Below, piece after piece: positions 15,842 to 24,748 of a stretch of 24,748 nt of DNA. The first letter of the stretch is position 1, and each line of letters starts with the position of its first letter. The notes under the pieces were generated by a model that worked only from the letters and a program-made list of their open reading frames with translations, was not told where the DNA came from and made no database searches. The DNA is from a virus (lineage: Duplodnaviria > Caudoviricetes). The position numbers and the translations under genes are program-made. Location of the stretch: the IMG/VR virus record IMGVR_UViG_3300005805_000464, positions 1 through 24,748 of that record. One strand, 5' to 3'.

Positions 15842-15918
15842 TTTAAATTTCCTTTAAGTTATCTGCGAATTAACGCATATTTGTATTTATGTCTTAGCAA
15901 AAATTTTGGTGTTTTAGA

Positions 15919-17970
15919 CTAATCTTTCGACCAATTCTTTGTAGCTGTGAAGTTTTGTCTACTGAATTCCAGTCTATCCACTAACTTAACAGCACCACCA
16001 TCATGCCCAATTGCTACGAACCCCTCAGGTGTGGTAACCTTATAACCGGTGTTAGTTTTGATAAATGTACCTATGCTTTCTATACGTTGAAGTTTACCTA
16101 AAATCATTAATTTTAGTTCTATTATACGTTTATAGATAGCTAGAATACCCAATAATGTATTGCTATTATCTTCAATGAATTCTTCGTTTTTCTTTATCTT
16201 TTCTATGCGTTGTTTTGCTGCTGCGCTTTCAACCCCGCCTTTTAGTTTACTGATTTCTGCTTCTTGTTTCCCCTTATAAAAAGCAAGGAATTGATTCAAA
16301 AAGCCCACTGGATCACCAATCTGTTCTCCACTTTTAACCATACTGTTTATAAATGGTTTAATGTAATTGGCAAACTCAGGATTACCTAAAATTATATCAA
16401 ACTTTTTAGGATTGATCTTCTTAAGGGTAAGAGCAGACTGTCCTAAGGTTCTACTGATTCTAGCATTTTCTTCAGGGGTTAAACTTGCTATACCTGTGTA
16501 ATCTTTATAGGTAGCATCATCAAACCAAACATCCTTACTTTGATTTAATCCTGCTACCTCAGCCCCAAAGCTAGCCTGCATTTCTAGCAAACTAACTCCG
16601 CTATAGGCTGTGTGAAATATAATGCCAATTTTTGCATTAGCGATTCTTTGTCCAAGTTCGCTGTTTACTTTAACCGCATAGGTTATGGTGTTAGGTTGAA
16701 AGGCTAGATAATCTTCATTACCTATTTTAACATTCTGTACATCACCAGGAGTAAACATTAAGTCGCCTTGGAGAACATTGCCAATGCCTAGCTTACGTAG
16801 ATATTTTAATGCTGCGCTAAGTTTGGATGCTAGCCCTGCTTGTTCACCATAAAACTTTTTAATGTCTTTTTCTGTTTTGCAAATTTTAGGATCATTTTTG
16901 CTGAATACACTTTTGGTGCCAACGAAAAATTTACTATCAGCAGGATCAATACCACAAATGATAGCAGGAGCGCCATCCCACTTTACAGTTATCTTTGCTT
17001 TATCACCTTGACCAGTGTTCAGCATCTGGCGTAGATTTTCACAATAATTCAATGCACGTTTTGCGCCCAAATATCCTTCGTTGAATACTAGATCCTCTAA
17101 GTGTTCAAGATGAAGATTTTTACCTTCCTTACCTTCAACCAATTGCCAACGGAATGGTGAACGTTTTTGTGTCATCTTATTCCAAAGCAAATCACTTAGA
17201 TTTTTATTTTCTCCAATTCTAATAGGAGCACCACCTGCAGGGTTTGGTTTATATTTTGGCTTAGGTGCAGCAGGTTGTTTTAAACGTTTGGACCTAAATA
17301 CCGCCGGTGTTGCTGTGGCTGCTGCTGGCGCTGTTGCTGGAGTTGCTGGTGTTCTAATCTTACGCCTAAATACTGCTGGCATTGCAGGTTCTGGTTCAGG
17401 TATATCTGCATCCCCTTTAGCAATTTCTAATTGTTGAGTTAAAAATCTAGATATTGATGTTGGGGCCTGCAATACTCCTCGTTTACTATCGGTTACCCAT
17501 TTGCCATTATCAATAAAATATCTTCTATTGTCATATTGTAAAATAGCAGGGTCAGTACTTAAAACCTTAACCTCTGAATTAAGTTTAGCTGTTGGCTGCA
17601 CAGTGCTAGCTTTGGGTGCTGTTGGCTGAGGGCCAACCATAGTATTGTAGGCGTTAGCAGTACCCTGTGCCGCCAATGCTGCCTTTTGTTTGGCAGCAGT
17701 ATCCATATATGATTGTTTGTCTAGAATAAAGTTATGCAGTTGCCTTACAGCCAAAGCATTGGGTTTAGCATTGTAAATATCACGTAGCTGTTGAAATTCG
17801 TCTTTTTCTTCTTTGGTTTGTAATTCGTTAGCAAAATCATCTAAGGCCTTAGAATAATTTTGTTGTGCTTGTTTGGTTGCATTATTTTGAGCTTTACTTT
17901 GTTTCCACTGCCCATACAAATCGCTCAATGCGCCTTCAAGAATATTGTCTCCTAGATCATTTATTTTCAT
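15919..17970 (-). CDS. DUF6267-like protein with ligase/nucleotidyltransferase motifs and a long N-terminal extension
   Basis: KNLHLEHLEDL, TVKWDG, QGDLMF, PEGFV and VKLVDR motifs. The family name is from memory. Confidence 0.75.
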   Translation of the reverse strand: MKINDLGDNILEGALSDLYGQWKQSKAQNNATKQAQQNYSKALDDFANELQTKEEKDEFQQLRDIYNAKPNALAVRQLHNFILDKQSYMDTAAKQKAALAAQGTANAYNTMVGPQPTAPKASTVQPTAKLNSEVKVLSTDPAILQYDNRRYFIDNGKWVTDSKRGVLQAPTSISRFLTQQLEIAKGDADIPEPEPAMPAVFRRKIRTPATPATAPAAATATPAVFRSKRLKQPAAPKPKYKPNPAGGAPIRIGENKNLSDLLWNKMTQKRSPFRWQLVEGKEGKNLHLEHLEDLVFNEGYLGAKRALNYCENLRQMLNTGQGDKAKITVKWDGAPAIICGIDPADSKFFVGTKSVFSKNDPKICKTEKDIKKFYGEQAGLASKLSAALKYLRKLGIGNVLQGDLMFTPGDVQNVKIGNEDYLAFQPNTITYAVKVNSELGQRIANAKIGIIFHTAYSGVSLLEMQASFGAEVAGLNQSKDVWFDDATYKDYTGIASLTPEENARISRTLGQSALTLKKINPKKFDIILGNPEFANYIKPFINSMVKSGEQIGDPVGFLNQFLAFYKGKQEAEISKLKGGVESAAAKQRIEKIKKNEEFIEDNSNTLLGILAIYKRIIELKLMILGKLQRIESIGTFIKTNTGYKVTTPEGFVAIGHDGGAVKLVDRLEFSRQNFTATKNWSKD

Positions 17971-18208
17971 TTTGTATCTTTTTGACCCCGCGACTAAATT
18001 TGGTTGTATCTTGTTGTTTGATACTGTTTAGCAATCTACGTTCAAGCTCATCAGCTTGTTCGGCATTATAATTTTCTCTTATAAAATTAATTAAATTAAC
18101 TGCACCTTGAATAACGTGCAATGCCCTACTTTCAACGAGATTATTTTTATCCCGTTGTAACCCTAAGGTTTCTAATTCTTCTAATATGCTACGTGTTCTT
18201 TTCTGCAA
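17957..18208 (-). CDS. Conserved hypothetical protein
   Basis: 83 aa, TTG start after GGAG; exact TATAAATA upstream. Confidence 0.75.
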   Translation of the reverse strand: MQKRTRSILEELETLGLQRDKNNLVESRALHVIQGAVNLINFIRENYNAEQADELERRLLNSIKQQDTTKFSRGVKKIQNENK

Positions 18209-18230
18209 GATTCAGACTCCGAATTAACTA

Positions 18231-18238
18231 TATTTATA
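18231..18238 (-). promoter_or_regulatory. T4-type late promoter TATAAATA
   Basis: Exact T4 late consensus in an intergenic gap; the TAAATA core recurs upstream of many genes here. Confidence 0.65.
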
Positions 18239-18257
18239 CAAGAAATGTTAATTTAGT

Positions 18258-19673
18258 CTAATCATTTTCCAAACTATTAAGGCCTTTAATAAACGTTTTA
18301 AGCCTAGTACTGTTAACTTCAGCTTTTGGCGGTGCTGTAATCTCCCCAGTGGATTTGTCTATGGTATGTAGTTGGCTGTTAGGTTTGATTTGACTCATTA
18401 TACTACCTGTTTGAGGCTTTACAGTTCCTGGGGTTCCCTGTGCTTCTTCACCAGGATCAGTAATGCGTAGGCATTCTAAATCATAATCAAGATCCACTTT
18501 CATACCCACACCACTGCTGCTTCGAGTTTTCATCAGCTGAATTTGATATCGCCCCCGCTCACGCATCGCCCTAGAAGTGAAGATACCAAAAACATTATCT
18601 GCTGTGTTAATTTTACTAAGTCCACCTGCAATATGACTATGATCAAACTCAACTTCCTCCACAGCACTACGATTCAGCTGACTAGCAGTAATCATCAACA
18701 CTCCTAATTCTTTAGATAAATTACGTAGTTCCTCGCTAACATATTTGTCTTTAACAAAGAGATCGTTAGGGCTAACTTTTGCACTGACTGGCATGACCAA
18801 ATCCAAATAATCGACCATTATAAAGTCTATTTTCTTACCCGTCTGTACCTGTAGTTCTTTTAAGTAAGCACGAATTTGGTTCACATTGCTTTGTGCAGGC
18901 ATATATTTGATTCTTAAATTGCCGCTTTTCTTACCCAATAATGCGATCTTTAACTCTACGGTATCGATTTCTTTAAATATCTCTCTAGTGCTAACATTTG
19001 CTGCCATACTATCAATACGCATAGCACACAGTTCTTCACTTAGTTCCAATGTGAGATATACTCCATTAAGTCCAGCAATGATCCAATTTAATGCAATATT
19101 CTGCATAAACAAACTCTTACCACTACCAGATCCACCAGCAAAAATATTAAGTTCGCCCCTATTCATTCCGCCAAATAAACGCTTGTCTAAAGTAGACCAA
19201 CCAGTACTGACCTGACCATTATTGGCCTTAATTTTCATTAGACGTCCTTTGGGATCAGAAAAGTAATCTGTACCTAAGTCCTTAGTAAGGCTAATCTGCA
19301 CTGCATCTTTAATAATTTTCTCAACAGGATCATATTCACCCTTTTCTAACATATCAGCACATTTTAAAATGGCACGTTCTAATTCCTGTCTTTTTGTAAA
19401 GCTTTCAAACTCCTGCATGAACCAATCATAATGACTTTCATTTATCTCTGGTACCGGCTGTAAATTAACGGTTGTAACAGCTTTGATTTGTTCAGCAGTG
19501 GGCATGGCCTTATACTGGTCTACGTGCTCTTTAATAAATTTGGCAGCACTGCGTAATGTACGATCAAAGTTCTCAGGGTTATAAATATTTTGAACCCGCA
19601 CATAACTTTCTGCATTTTGCAGCATCATTTCTAAAAATAATGTTTGTAATTGAACAGTATATTCTTTATTCAT
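18258..19673 (-). CDS. Replicative helicase, DnaB/T4 gp41-like
   Basis: Walker A GGSGSGKS, TLELSE, IMVDYLDL, TASQLNR and MKTR motifs. Confidence 0.93.
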   Translation of the reverse strand: MNKEYTVQLQTLFLEMMLQNAESYVRVQNIYNPENFDRTLRSAAKFIKEHVDQYKAMPTAEQIKAVTTVNLQPVPEINESHYDWFMQEFESFTKRQELERAILKCADMLEKGEYDPVEKIIKDAVQISLTKDLGTDYFSDPKGRLMKIKANNGQVSTGWSTLDKRLFGGMNRGELNIFAGGSGSGKSLFMQNIALNWIIAGLNGVYLTLELSEELCAMRIDSMAANVSTREIFKEIDTVELKIALLGKKSGNLRIKYMPAQSNVNQIRAYLKELQVQTGKKIDFIMVDYLDLVMPVSAKVSPNDLFVKDKYVSEELRNLSKELGVLMITASQLNRSAVEEVEFDHSHIAGGLSKINTADNVFGIFTSRAMRERGRYQIQLMKTRSSSGVGMKVDLDYDLECLRITDPGEEAQGTPGTVKPQTGSIMSQIKPNSQLHTIDKSTGEITAPPKAEVNSTRLKTFIKGLNSLEND

Positions 19674-19693
19674 TGACTATTCCTATGATGATT

Positions 19694-20758
19694 CTATTTA
19701 GCGGCATATCTTTTCTTCATTAATTCAATTTTGAGTTTGTTGGTTTCAGTAGCAGCCAATATAGCTTTAAGGACAAACAATTTACCATACTTGCATACTG
19801 CTTCATTAATGTCCTTGCAGGTCTCATTCCAAACTGGAAAACTTACCCCCCAACCATATTCAATAGCTTTATCTACTAGATGTTGACCTGACCATTTTGA
19901 TTTCTTTTTTTCTCTAATCTGTTTGTCAAAATCAGGCACCACAATTATTTGTTTACCCAAAGCTTCTATCTGTTCTGCTTGTGATAAACTGATTTCATTG
20001 TGCTGTACACTGACTCCATCAATGCTCATTGCATCAAATGGACCTTCGCATACAATTACAAACTTATTATCATAGCTTTGATTATCCAAATTAAACACAA
20101 GTTCTGGTGGGAAATAAGATAGGTATTTGGGCAGGATGCCATCATTAACTGCTCTAGCCATGTAGCCCACTGTTTGTTTTTGGTATTTAAATGGAATGAT
20201 TACTCTATACTTTAACTTTTGTTCTGTGTCATCACTCCAAAGAAATTCATATTTCTGCATATTAATTTGTCTATTACCGACATATTCAACCGCAGTGTGA
20301 AATTCTTTGGGGACATTTTTCCAGTCTTGCAGTTCATAAACAGTGGCCAATTCCATAAAGCTACTAGCAGATTTAGGTAACCTTTGTGGAGTAAAATTTA
20401 TAGGCTCTGGTTCAGGTAGTACTTGATCAGGTGTAAATAATTCTTTGACTCTTAATGCTTCAATTACTAAACGCTGTATTTCACCATCAGGTGCACCCAT
20501 CCAGTTTAGTAATTTTTTAAATTTGATAGATAGTGGTCTACCAGTAACATAGCTAGCAGTAAATTGGCAATTGAAGCAGTGCCAACTTACGTTTCCGTCT
20601 GTATTAACGATAAGTCCACCGCGACCTCTAGTATCTGTAGTTTCACCATTATGTGGACAACAGACCGCATTACCGGTAATCCACCCGCCAGTGCCTTTTT
20701 TTGTTTTTCTACCACCGCACCAAAGCTGTGATGTATAATTCGCTACTTCATTGAACAA
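19694..20758 (-). CDS. DNA primase, T4 gp61-like
   Basis: Zn-binding CCPH...HCFNC, RVIIPF, TOPRIM CEGPFDA, PDFD and KDINE motifs. Confidence 0.9.
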   Translation of the reverse strand: MFNEVANYTSQLWCGGRKTKKGTGGWITGNAVCCPHNGETTDTRGRGGLIVNTDGNVSWHCFNCQFTASYVTGRPLSIKFKKLLNWMGAPDGEIQRLVIEALRVKELFTPDQVLPEPEPINFTPQRLPKSASSFMELATVYELQDWKNVPKEFHTAVEYVGNRQINMQKYEFLWSDDTEQKLKYRVIIPFKYQKQTVGYMARAVNDGILPKYLSYFPPELVFNLDNQSYDNKFVIVCEGPFDAMSIDGVSVQHNEISLSQAEQIEALGKQIIVVPDFDKQIREKKKSKWSGQHLVDKAIEYGWGVSFPVWNETCKDINEAVCKYGKLFVLKAILAATETNKLKIELMKKRYAAK

Positions 20759-20783
20759 TTTGTGACCCTTAGTAGATAAGGCT

Positions 20784-20812
20784 ATTATAGCAGATACCTA
20801 GTGCAGTATCAA
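20784..20812 (-). promoter_or_regulatory. sigma70 promoter for primase-helicase
   Basis: TTGATA, 17-nt spacer, TATAAT, with extended -10 TGn. Confidence 0.85.
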
Positions 20813-20843
20813 CTAATATGAAGTCAAAATCAATAAAAATAAG

Positions 20844-22388
20844 TTAGTTTGTTATCTCTTGCCAACCAAATTTCCAAATAAGATCAGCGTTGGCCTGTCC
20901 ATAACCTGCACATAATGTTAGTGTAATAGGGGTTCCATTAGCATAACGTTGTAATTGCAGACGTTTTTGAAGATCCTCACCTGCTTCAAATGTGTCTCTG
21001 CTACTAGACACTCCAGCATAAACTACTTCACCGTCACCAATCTCTACGGCACTAAGGTTAGCTTGAACTACTCCGCCGTTTACATTAGCATAAGTTAAAG
21101 CAGCTACGTTGCTAGCTCCTCTTACTAATTGCCACGCGCCATATTGTACGTCAGTTAATAGTAAATCAATCTGAGCAGGTATAATCACAGCATCAATGCA
21201 ATCAGGATTTAAACGGATAGTGGCTAAACTTACATAAACGTTGGCTGAAGAAATACGTGTAGGTCTTATTCCACTTGACACATAACTGATGGATGGAGAT
21301 GGTGAGTATCCGCCTTCAGAAATTACTGTTGAACAAATCTGCTTCATAGTTCTAGCACCTGCTGTATTTGCTGTATTTGTAATTTCGTATCTAGGGTTTA
21401 GTGTGGCTGACGTCATATAAACTTTAGTATTGCCACTTTGGTTAGCATGTTGAAAAACATGACAAATTATGAACTGGCCGTTTATAACGAAACCCGCACG
21501 TACATTACCAACACCCAACCACTCTATATCACTCCAGAAAATCTGTACTAATGTTGGGTCTAAATTAATTCCAGATGGGTTAGGTCCTGAACCAGTCTTT
21601 AAAGTATCAGTGTTCCAAGAAGTTTGTATTATACGTTCTTCAGTAACACTACCGCTAGCACTTGATCTTATTACCAAATAAAGATCTTCACCATCAGCTT
21701 CAAAGTATATACCATTTTTTTCAGTGAATTGACCTACACGTTGACGGCATCCAGCCACCAATGGCGCCATAGCAAAGGTATGCATACTTAATAGGCTTTT
21801 GCCTGGCTGGTACGGTTGTGTTGTTTTTGACTGAGTAATTACGCTGGATCCATTAGCAGAGGTAACAGCAAGATTAAAACTGCTTTCATTAGCTATATAG
21901 GTAATGGTACCACCACTAGCAGTTACATTGGAGAATTGACCACCATCTTTATACATGTTTTGACTATCAAATAATGTATAAGGATCACTTACACGTAATC
22001 TTCCAAACGCATCACTTTGTGTTGGGGCGAAAAAACTTCCGTCATTAATGCCAGACACGTAGATAGGATTAGTTAATGCATTTGGTGAAGTATTGGCACT
22101 AATCGGTATAGGATTATCAATGTCATTTTTTATTTCTACTTCAGGTAGACTGGTTATACTTACGTTGCCAGAAATTGGTAAGGTATTACCGCTGATATCA
22201 ACATTACCAAACTCTAATACATGCGTATCAACAAATCCTGGAATATTTACATTACCAGCAATTGTAACGTTACCTAAAGTAGCGTCGGTTCTTACATAAA
22301 CATTACCGGTAGTTTCGTTCAGTGCAAGAGCTTGAGTAATGTTGCGTAAGTACCATGGTGCTACTTCGGTAGGTTGCGGGTAAGCCAT
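20844..22388 (-). CDS. Probable virion/tail protein, beta-rich
   Basis: 514 aa; ISGNV-type repeats then DAFGRLRVSDPYTLFDS and IEWLGVGNVRAGF, motifs typical of large-phage structural proteins. Confidence 0.7.
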   Translation of the reverse strand: MAYPQPTEVAPWYLRNITQALALNETTGNVYVRTDATLGNVTIAGNVNIPGFVDTHVLEFGNVDISGNTLPISGNVSITSLPEVEIKNDIDNPIPISANTSPNALTNPIYVSGINDGSFFAPTQSDAFGRLRVSDPYTLFDSQNMYKDGGQFSNVTASGGTITYIANESSFNLAVTSANGSSVITQSKTTQPYQPGKSLLSMHTFAMAPLVAGCRQRVGQFTEKNGIYFEADGEDLYLVIRSSASGSVTEERIIQTSWNTDTLKTGSGPNPSGINLDPTLVQIFWSDIEWLGVGNVRAGFVINGQFIICHVFQHANQSGNTKVYMTSATLNPRYEITNTANTAGARTMKQICSTVISEGGYSPSPSISYVSSGIRPTRISSANVYVSLATIRLNPDCIDAVIIPAQIDLLLTDVQYGAWQLVRGASNVAALTYANVNGGVVQANLSAVEIGDGEVVYAGVSSSRDTFEAGEDLQKRLQLQRYANGTPITLTLCAGYGQANADLIWKFGWQEITN

Positions 22389-22393
22389 AGATT

Positions 22394-22696
22394 TTATGTA
22401 TTATAGAATGTTGTACTATTTTGATTCAACGCACTTTGGTAAACTGTGCCAATTTCTGTAACTGTTACACCTGTGCTAGTACCATTAACGCTGGCCACAG
22501 CTAATCGTTTATCTATACCACCCATGTTTACAGAAACTGGAAAATTAGCAGGAATCATTGCACCAACGTTGGCTGTGGCACTGGCTACACCATCTATAGC
22601 ATAATAACATGCATTATTTGCCACTACCTTTACTTTTGTGCTGCTAAGAGGGGCAGTATTGGCTGAAGTCGTAACGATAAGGGTTTGTGTTGCCAT
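22394..22696 (-). CDS. Small probable virion protein
   Basis: 100 aa, A/T/V/N-rich; TAAATA at 22718-22723. Confidence 0.7.
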   Translation of the reverse strand: MATQTLIVTTSANTAPLSSTKVKVVANNACYYAIDGVASATANVGAMIPANFPVSVNMGGIDKRLAVASVNGTSTGVTVTEIGTVYQSALNQNSTTFYNT

Positions 22697-22749
22697 ATTC
22701 TTTGTCCTATTTCAACTTATTTAGCAGGAAATAAAGTTTTTGGCAGCGG

Positions 22750-23535
22750 TTAGAATATGTTCCATTTATTAGCTAGATAAGTTTCAACCTGCGTTATTTC
22801 TGTTAAAGAAAGCGTTCTAGTCCAAATTAAAAGTTCAGCCACATAGCCACTATAATAATTTGCTGCTGGTCCTGTACCATCTGAACCTACATAAAATGTA
22901 TTGGCTGCTGCTGAGGTCGCAGTACCTACATTCGCACTAAATGTTAGTGTTTCTGTAACACCGTTAATTCTCATCTTAAGTCTTAGATTATTTTGTGTTG
23001 TGATGTCAGGGTTAGTCTGTGTCCCATCCAAGATCATACCCATATAAACATAGTTTGCTGTAGATCCGGTATTAGCACTTTTGGCTCTCCCGCCGGCGGT
23101 TTCAATCCCCCAGTAAGTATCCCAGAAGAATTGAAACCCGCCTGTGTTAGTTACTGTAATTCTAGGAGTTCCAGTAAGACTGACTGGTTTTGTAACAAGA
23201 TAAGTGGTTTGACCACTTAATGACAATGCCCAATCAATAGGGTTGAGAGTTAAAACATCTGAGGTTCCATCAAATTGAATTGTTCCTAGACCGTTCTGTT
23301 GGTTGCTACGCCAAGCCGGTTGACGTGTACCTGTGTTTTGGTTTGCATTTCTACCTACACCTGTTAACGATAACCATTGTTGAACTGATCCAGCATCCGC
23401 AGGAACTGGGCTAAATCTTGAAGCATCAGCTACACTAGCATCATACCAAAGACTTAGATTAGGCAATTGATTTGGAGCAATATTTAAGGCTTGCTGTGCC
23501 GCAAGCCCCAAGTAAGGCAATAAAATTCCACCCAT
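22750..23535 (-). CDS. Concanavalin-A/LamG-like tail-associated protein
   Basis: LSLWYDAS...VQQW, FDGTSD, GYVAELLIW and VETYLANKW pattern. Confidence 0.75.
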   Translation of the reverse strand: MGGILLPYLGLAAQQALNIAPNQLPNLSLWYDASVADASRFSPVPADAGSVQQWLSLTGVGRNANQNTGTRQPAWRSNQQNGLGTIQFDGTSDVLTLNPIDWALSLSGQTTYLVTKPVSLTGTPRITVTNTGGFQFFWDTYWGIETAGGRAKSANTGSTANYVYMGMILDGTQTNPDITTQNNLRLKMRINGVTETLTFSANVGTATSAAANTFYVGSDGTGPAANYYSGYVAELLIWTRTLSLTEITQVETYLANKWNIF

Positions 23536-24748
23536 TAGCTAAGACCTACACCAATAACAAACCAAGTGTCTGTTGCTACTTTTGTTAATGTAGCTGCTCC
23601 ATAACTGGTCAAAGTTCTATCAGCTGAGGTAGCATTACCTGCTAGATATAGAGTAACTCCAGACCCTCTCAATATACTAATATTACCGGTACCTTGATTA
23701 ATAATGTTAAAAGTACCACCTATATTCCAGCTTACTGTAGCATTATTTGCAAGGGTCAATGTGCTTATCGTAGCTAAGGTTGAATAATAATGCTTGCCAG
23801 CGGCGTTACTTGTAATTGTTGCGTTACCGGTATGACTGATTTGAGGAATATCTCTATATCCAACTGCAAATCCTGCCACATTTGCTTCAATATTACCTCC
23901 AACAAATAAAGCATTACCAGTAACAGTTAAGTTACCAGTTAAAGCGTTAAAAACAAATTTTGAAGTAGTAACATTTGCAGTTTGGTTGGTTCCATCTATT
24001 CCAACCATAACTGGATAAAGTGCTGTGGTTATCGTATTATTGGTAGCATTGATCGTAGTGCTAGGCCCTGTTGGTCCTTGTGGTCCACTTACACCTTGTG
24101 GTCCTTGAGGTCCTTGTGGTCCACTTACACCTTGTGGTCCTTGTTCGCCCTGTGGTCCTTGTTCCCCTTGCGGTCCTTGTTCCCCTTGTGGACCTTGTTC
24201 ACCCTGTGGTCCTTGTTCGCCCTGTGGACCAGAGACGCCCTGTGGCCCTTGTGGGCCGCTTACACCTTGCGGTCCTTGTACACCAGAAACGCCCTGAGGT
24301 CCTTGTACACCAGAGACGCCCTGTGGTCCTTGTGGTCCTTGTTCTCCACTTCCACTAGGTCCTTGCGGCCCACTTACACCCTGAGGTCCTTGTGGGCCTG
24401 TGTCACCCTGAGGTCCTTGTGGTCCTTGTTCTCCACTTCCACTAGGTCCTTGAGGTCCAACTTCACCTTGAGGTCCTTGTGGTCCTTGTTCTCCACTTCC
24501 ACTAGGTCCTTGCGGCCCGCTTACACCTTGCAGTCCTTGAGGTCCTTGTTCACCCTGTGGTCCTTGTTCACCCTGTGGTCCTTGTTCACCCTGTGGTCCT
24601 TGTTCACCTTGAGGTCCTTGTTCTCCACTTCCACTAGGTCCTTGCGGTCCAGCTTCACCCTGTGGTCCTTGCTCACCCTGAGGTCCAGCTTCACCCTGTG
24701 GACCTTGTGATCCAGCTGCGCCCTGTGGACCTTGTGATCCAGTTGCGC
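23535..24748 (-). CDS. Collagen-like tail fibre protein (5' end runs off the window)
   Basis: The frame of the 23535..24008 ORF continues upstream into Gly-X-Y repeats ([12 protein letters not shown]) and is in register at the window edge. The C-terminal domain ends [14 protein letters not shown]. Confidence 0.9.
   Translation of the reverse strand, partial: ATGSQGPQGAAGSQGPQGEAGPQGEQGPQGEAGPQGPSGSGEQGPQGEQGPQGEQGPQGEQGPQGEQGPQGLQGVSGPQGPSGSGEQGPQGPQGEVGPQGPSGSGEQGPQGPQGDTGPQGPQGVSGPQGPSGSGEQGPQGPQGVSGVQGPQGVSGVQGPQGVSGPQGPQGVSGPQGEQGPQGEQGPQGEQGPQGEQGPQGEQGPQGVSGPQGPQGPQGVSGPQGPTGPSTTINATNNTITTALYPVMVGIDGTNQTANVTTSKFVFNALTGNLTVTGNALFVGGNIEANVAGFAVGYRDIPQISHTGNATITSNAAGKHYYSTLATISTLTLANNATVSWNIGGTFNIINQGTGNISILRGSGVTLYLAGNATSADRTLTSYGAATLTKVATDTWFVIGVGLS
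24063..24748 (-). repeat. Gly-X-Y coding tandem repeats (9/18-nt units)
   Basis: Recurrent GGTCCTTGT-like units; markedly more GC-rich than the rest of the window. Confidence 0.9.

Noticed and set aside
30-23220. Short plus-strand ORFs in the track other than the HNH, and minus-strand ORFs 2558-2773, 11222-11437 and 11475-11771
   Set aside because: They overlap well-supported genes and show no recognisable motifs.
23982-24710. Plus-strand 242-aa and 95-aa repetitive ORFs
   Set aside because: Shadow frames of the minus-strand collagen repeat.
24063-24748. Possible CRISPR array
   Set aside because: The repeats are 9/18-nt coding units without unique spacers.
1-24748. Stop-codon reassignment
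   Set aside because: Genes are full length in the standard code, and TAA, TAG and TGA all act as stops.

Overview
AT-rich, densely coding segment of a large tailed dsDNA phage (myovirus-like, T4-superfamily-style gene content), almost entirely on the minus strand. Reading the minus strand from right to left: a collagen-like fibre and other virion proteins; primase and DnaB/gp41-like helicase behind a sigma70 promoter; a KxDG nucleotidyltransferase-like protein; a block of probable head/virion proteins; an ErpA/IscA Fe-S carrier; a PD-(D/E)XK exonuclease; an antisense HNH endonuclease cassette; class Ia nrdA, nrdB and glutaredoxin; a PAAR protein; a SleB-type cell-wall hydrolase; a GIY-YIG nuclease; and membrane proteins. 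The enterobacterial-type nrdAB, grx and erpA suggest a proteobacterial host (inference). Main observations: (1) the HNH cassette sits between two diverged copies of the exonuclease C-terminus, one of them an unannotated orphan; (2) the HNH gene and the sleB gene share the same structured 5' leader; (3) a perfect 12-bp hairpin covers the erpA RBS and start and overlaps a late-promoter motif; (4) a leader with four periodic AGGC repeats precedes a holin-like gene; (5) a ligase-motif protein carries a possible capsid-targeting N-terminus. All family assignments come from motif recognition by eye, not from database searches.
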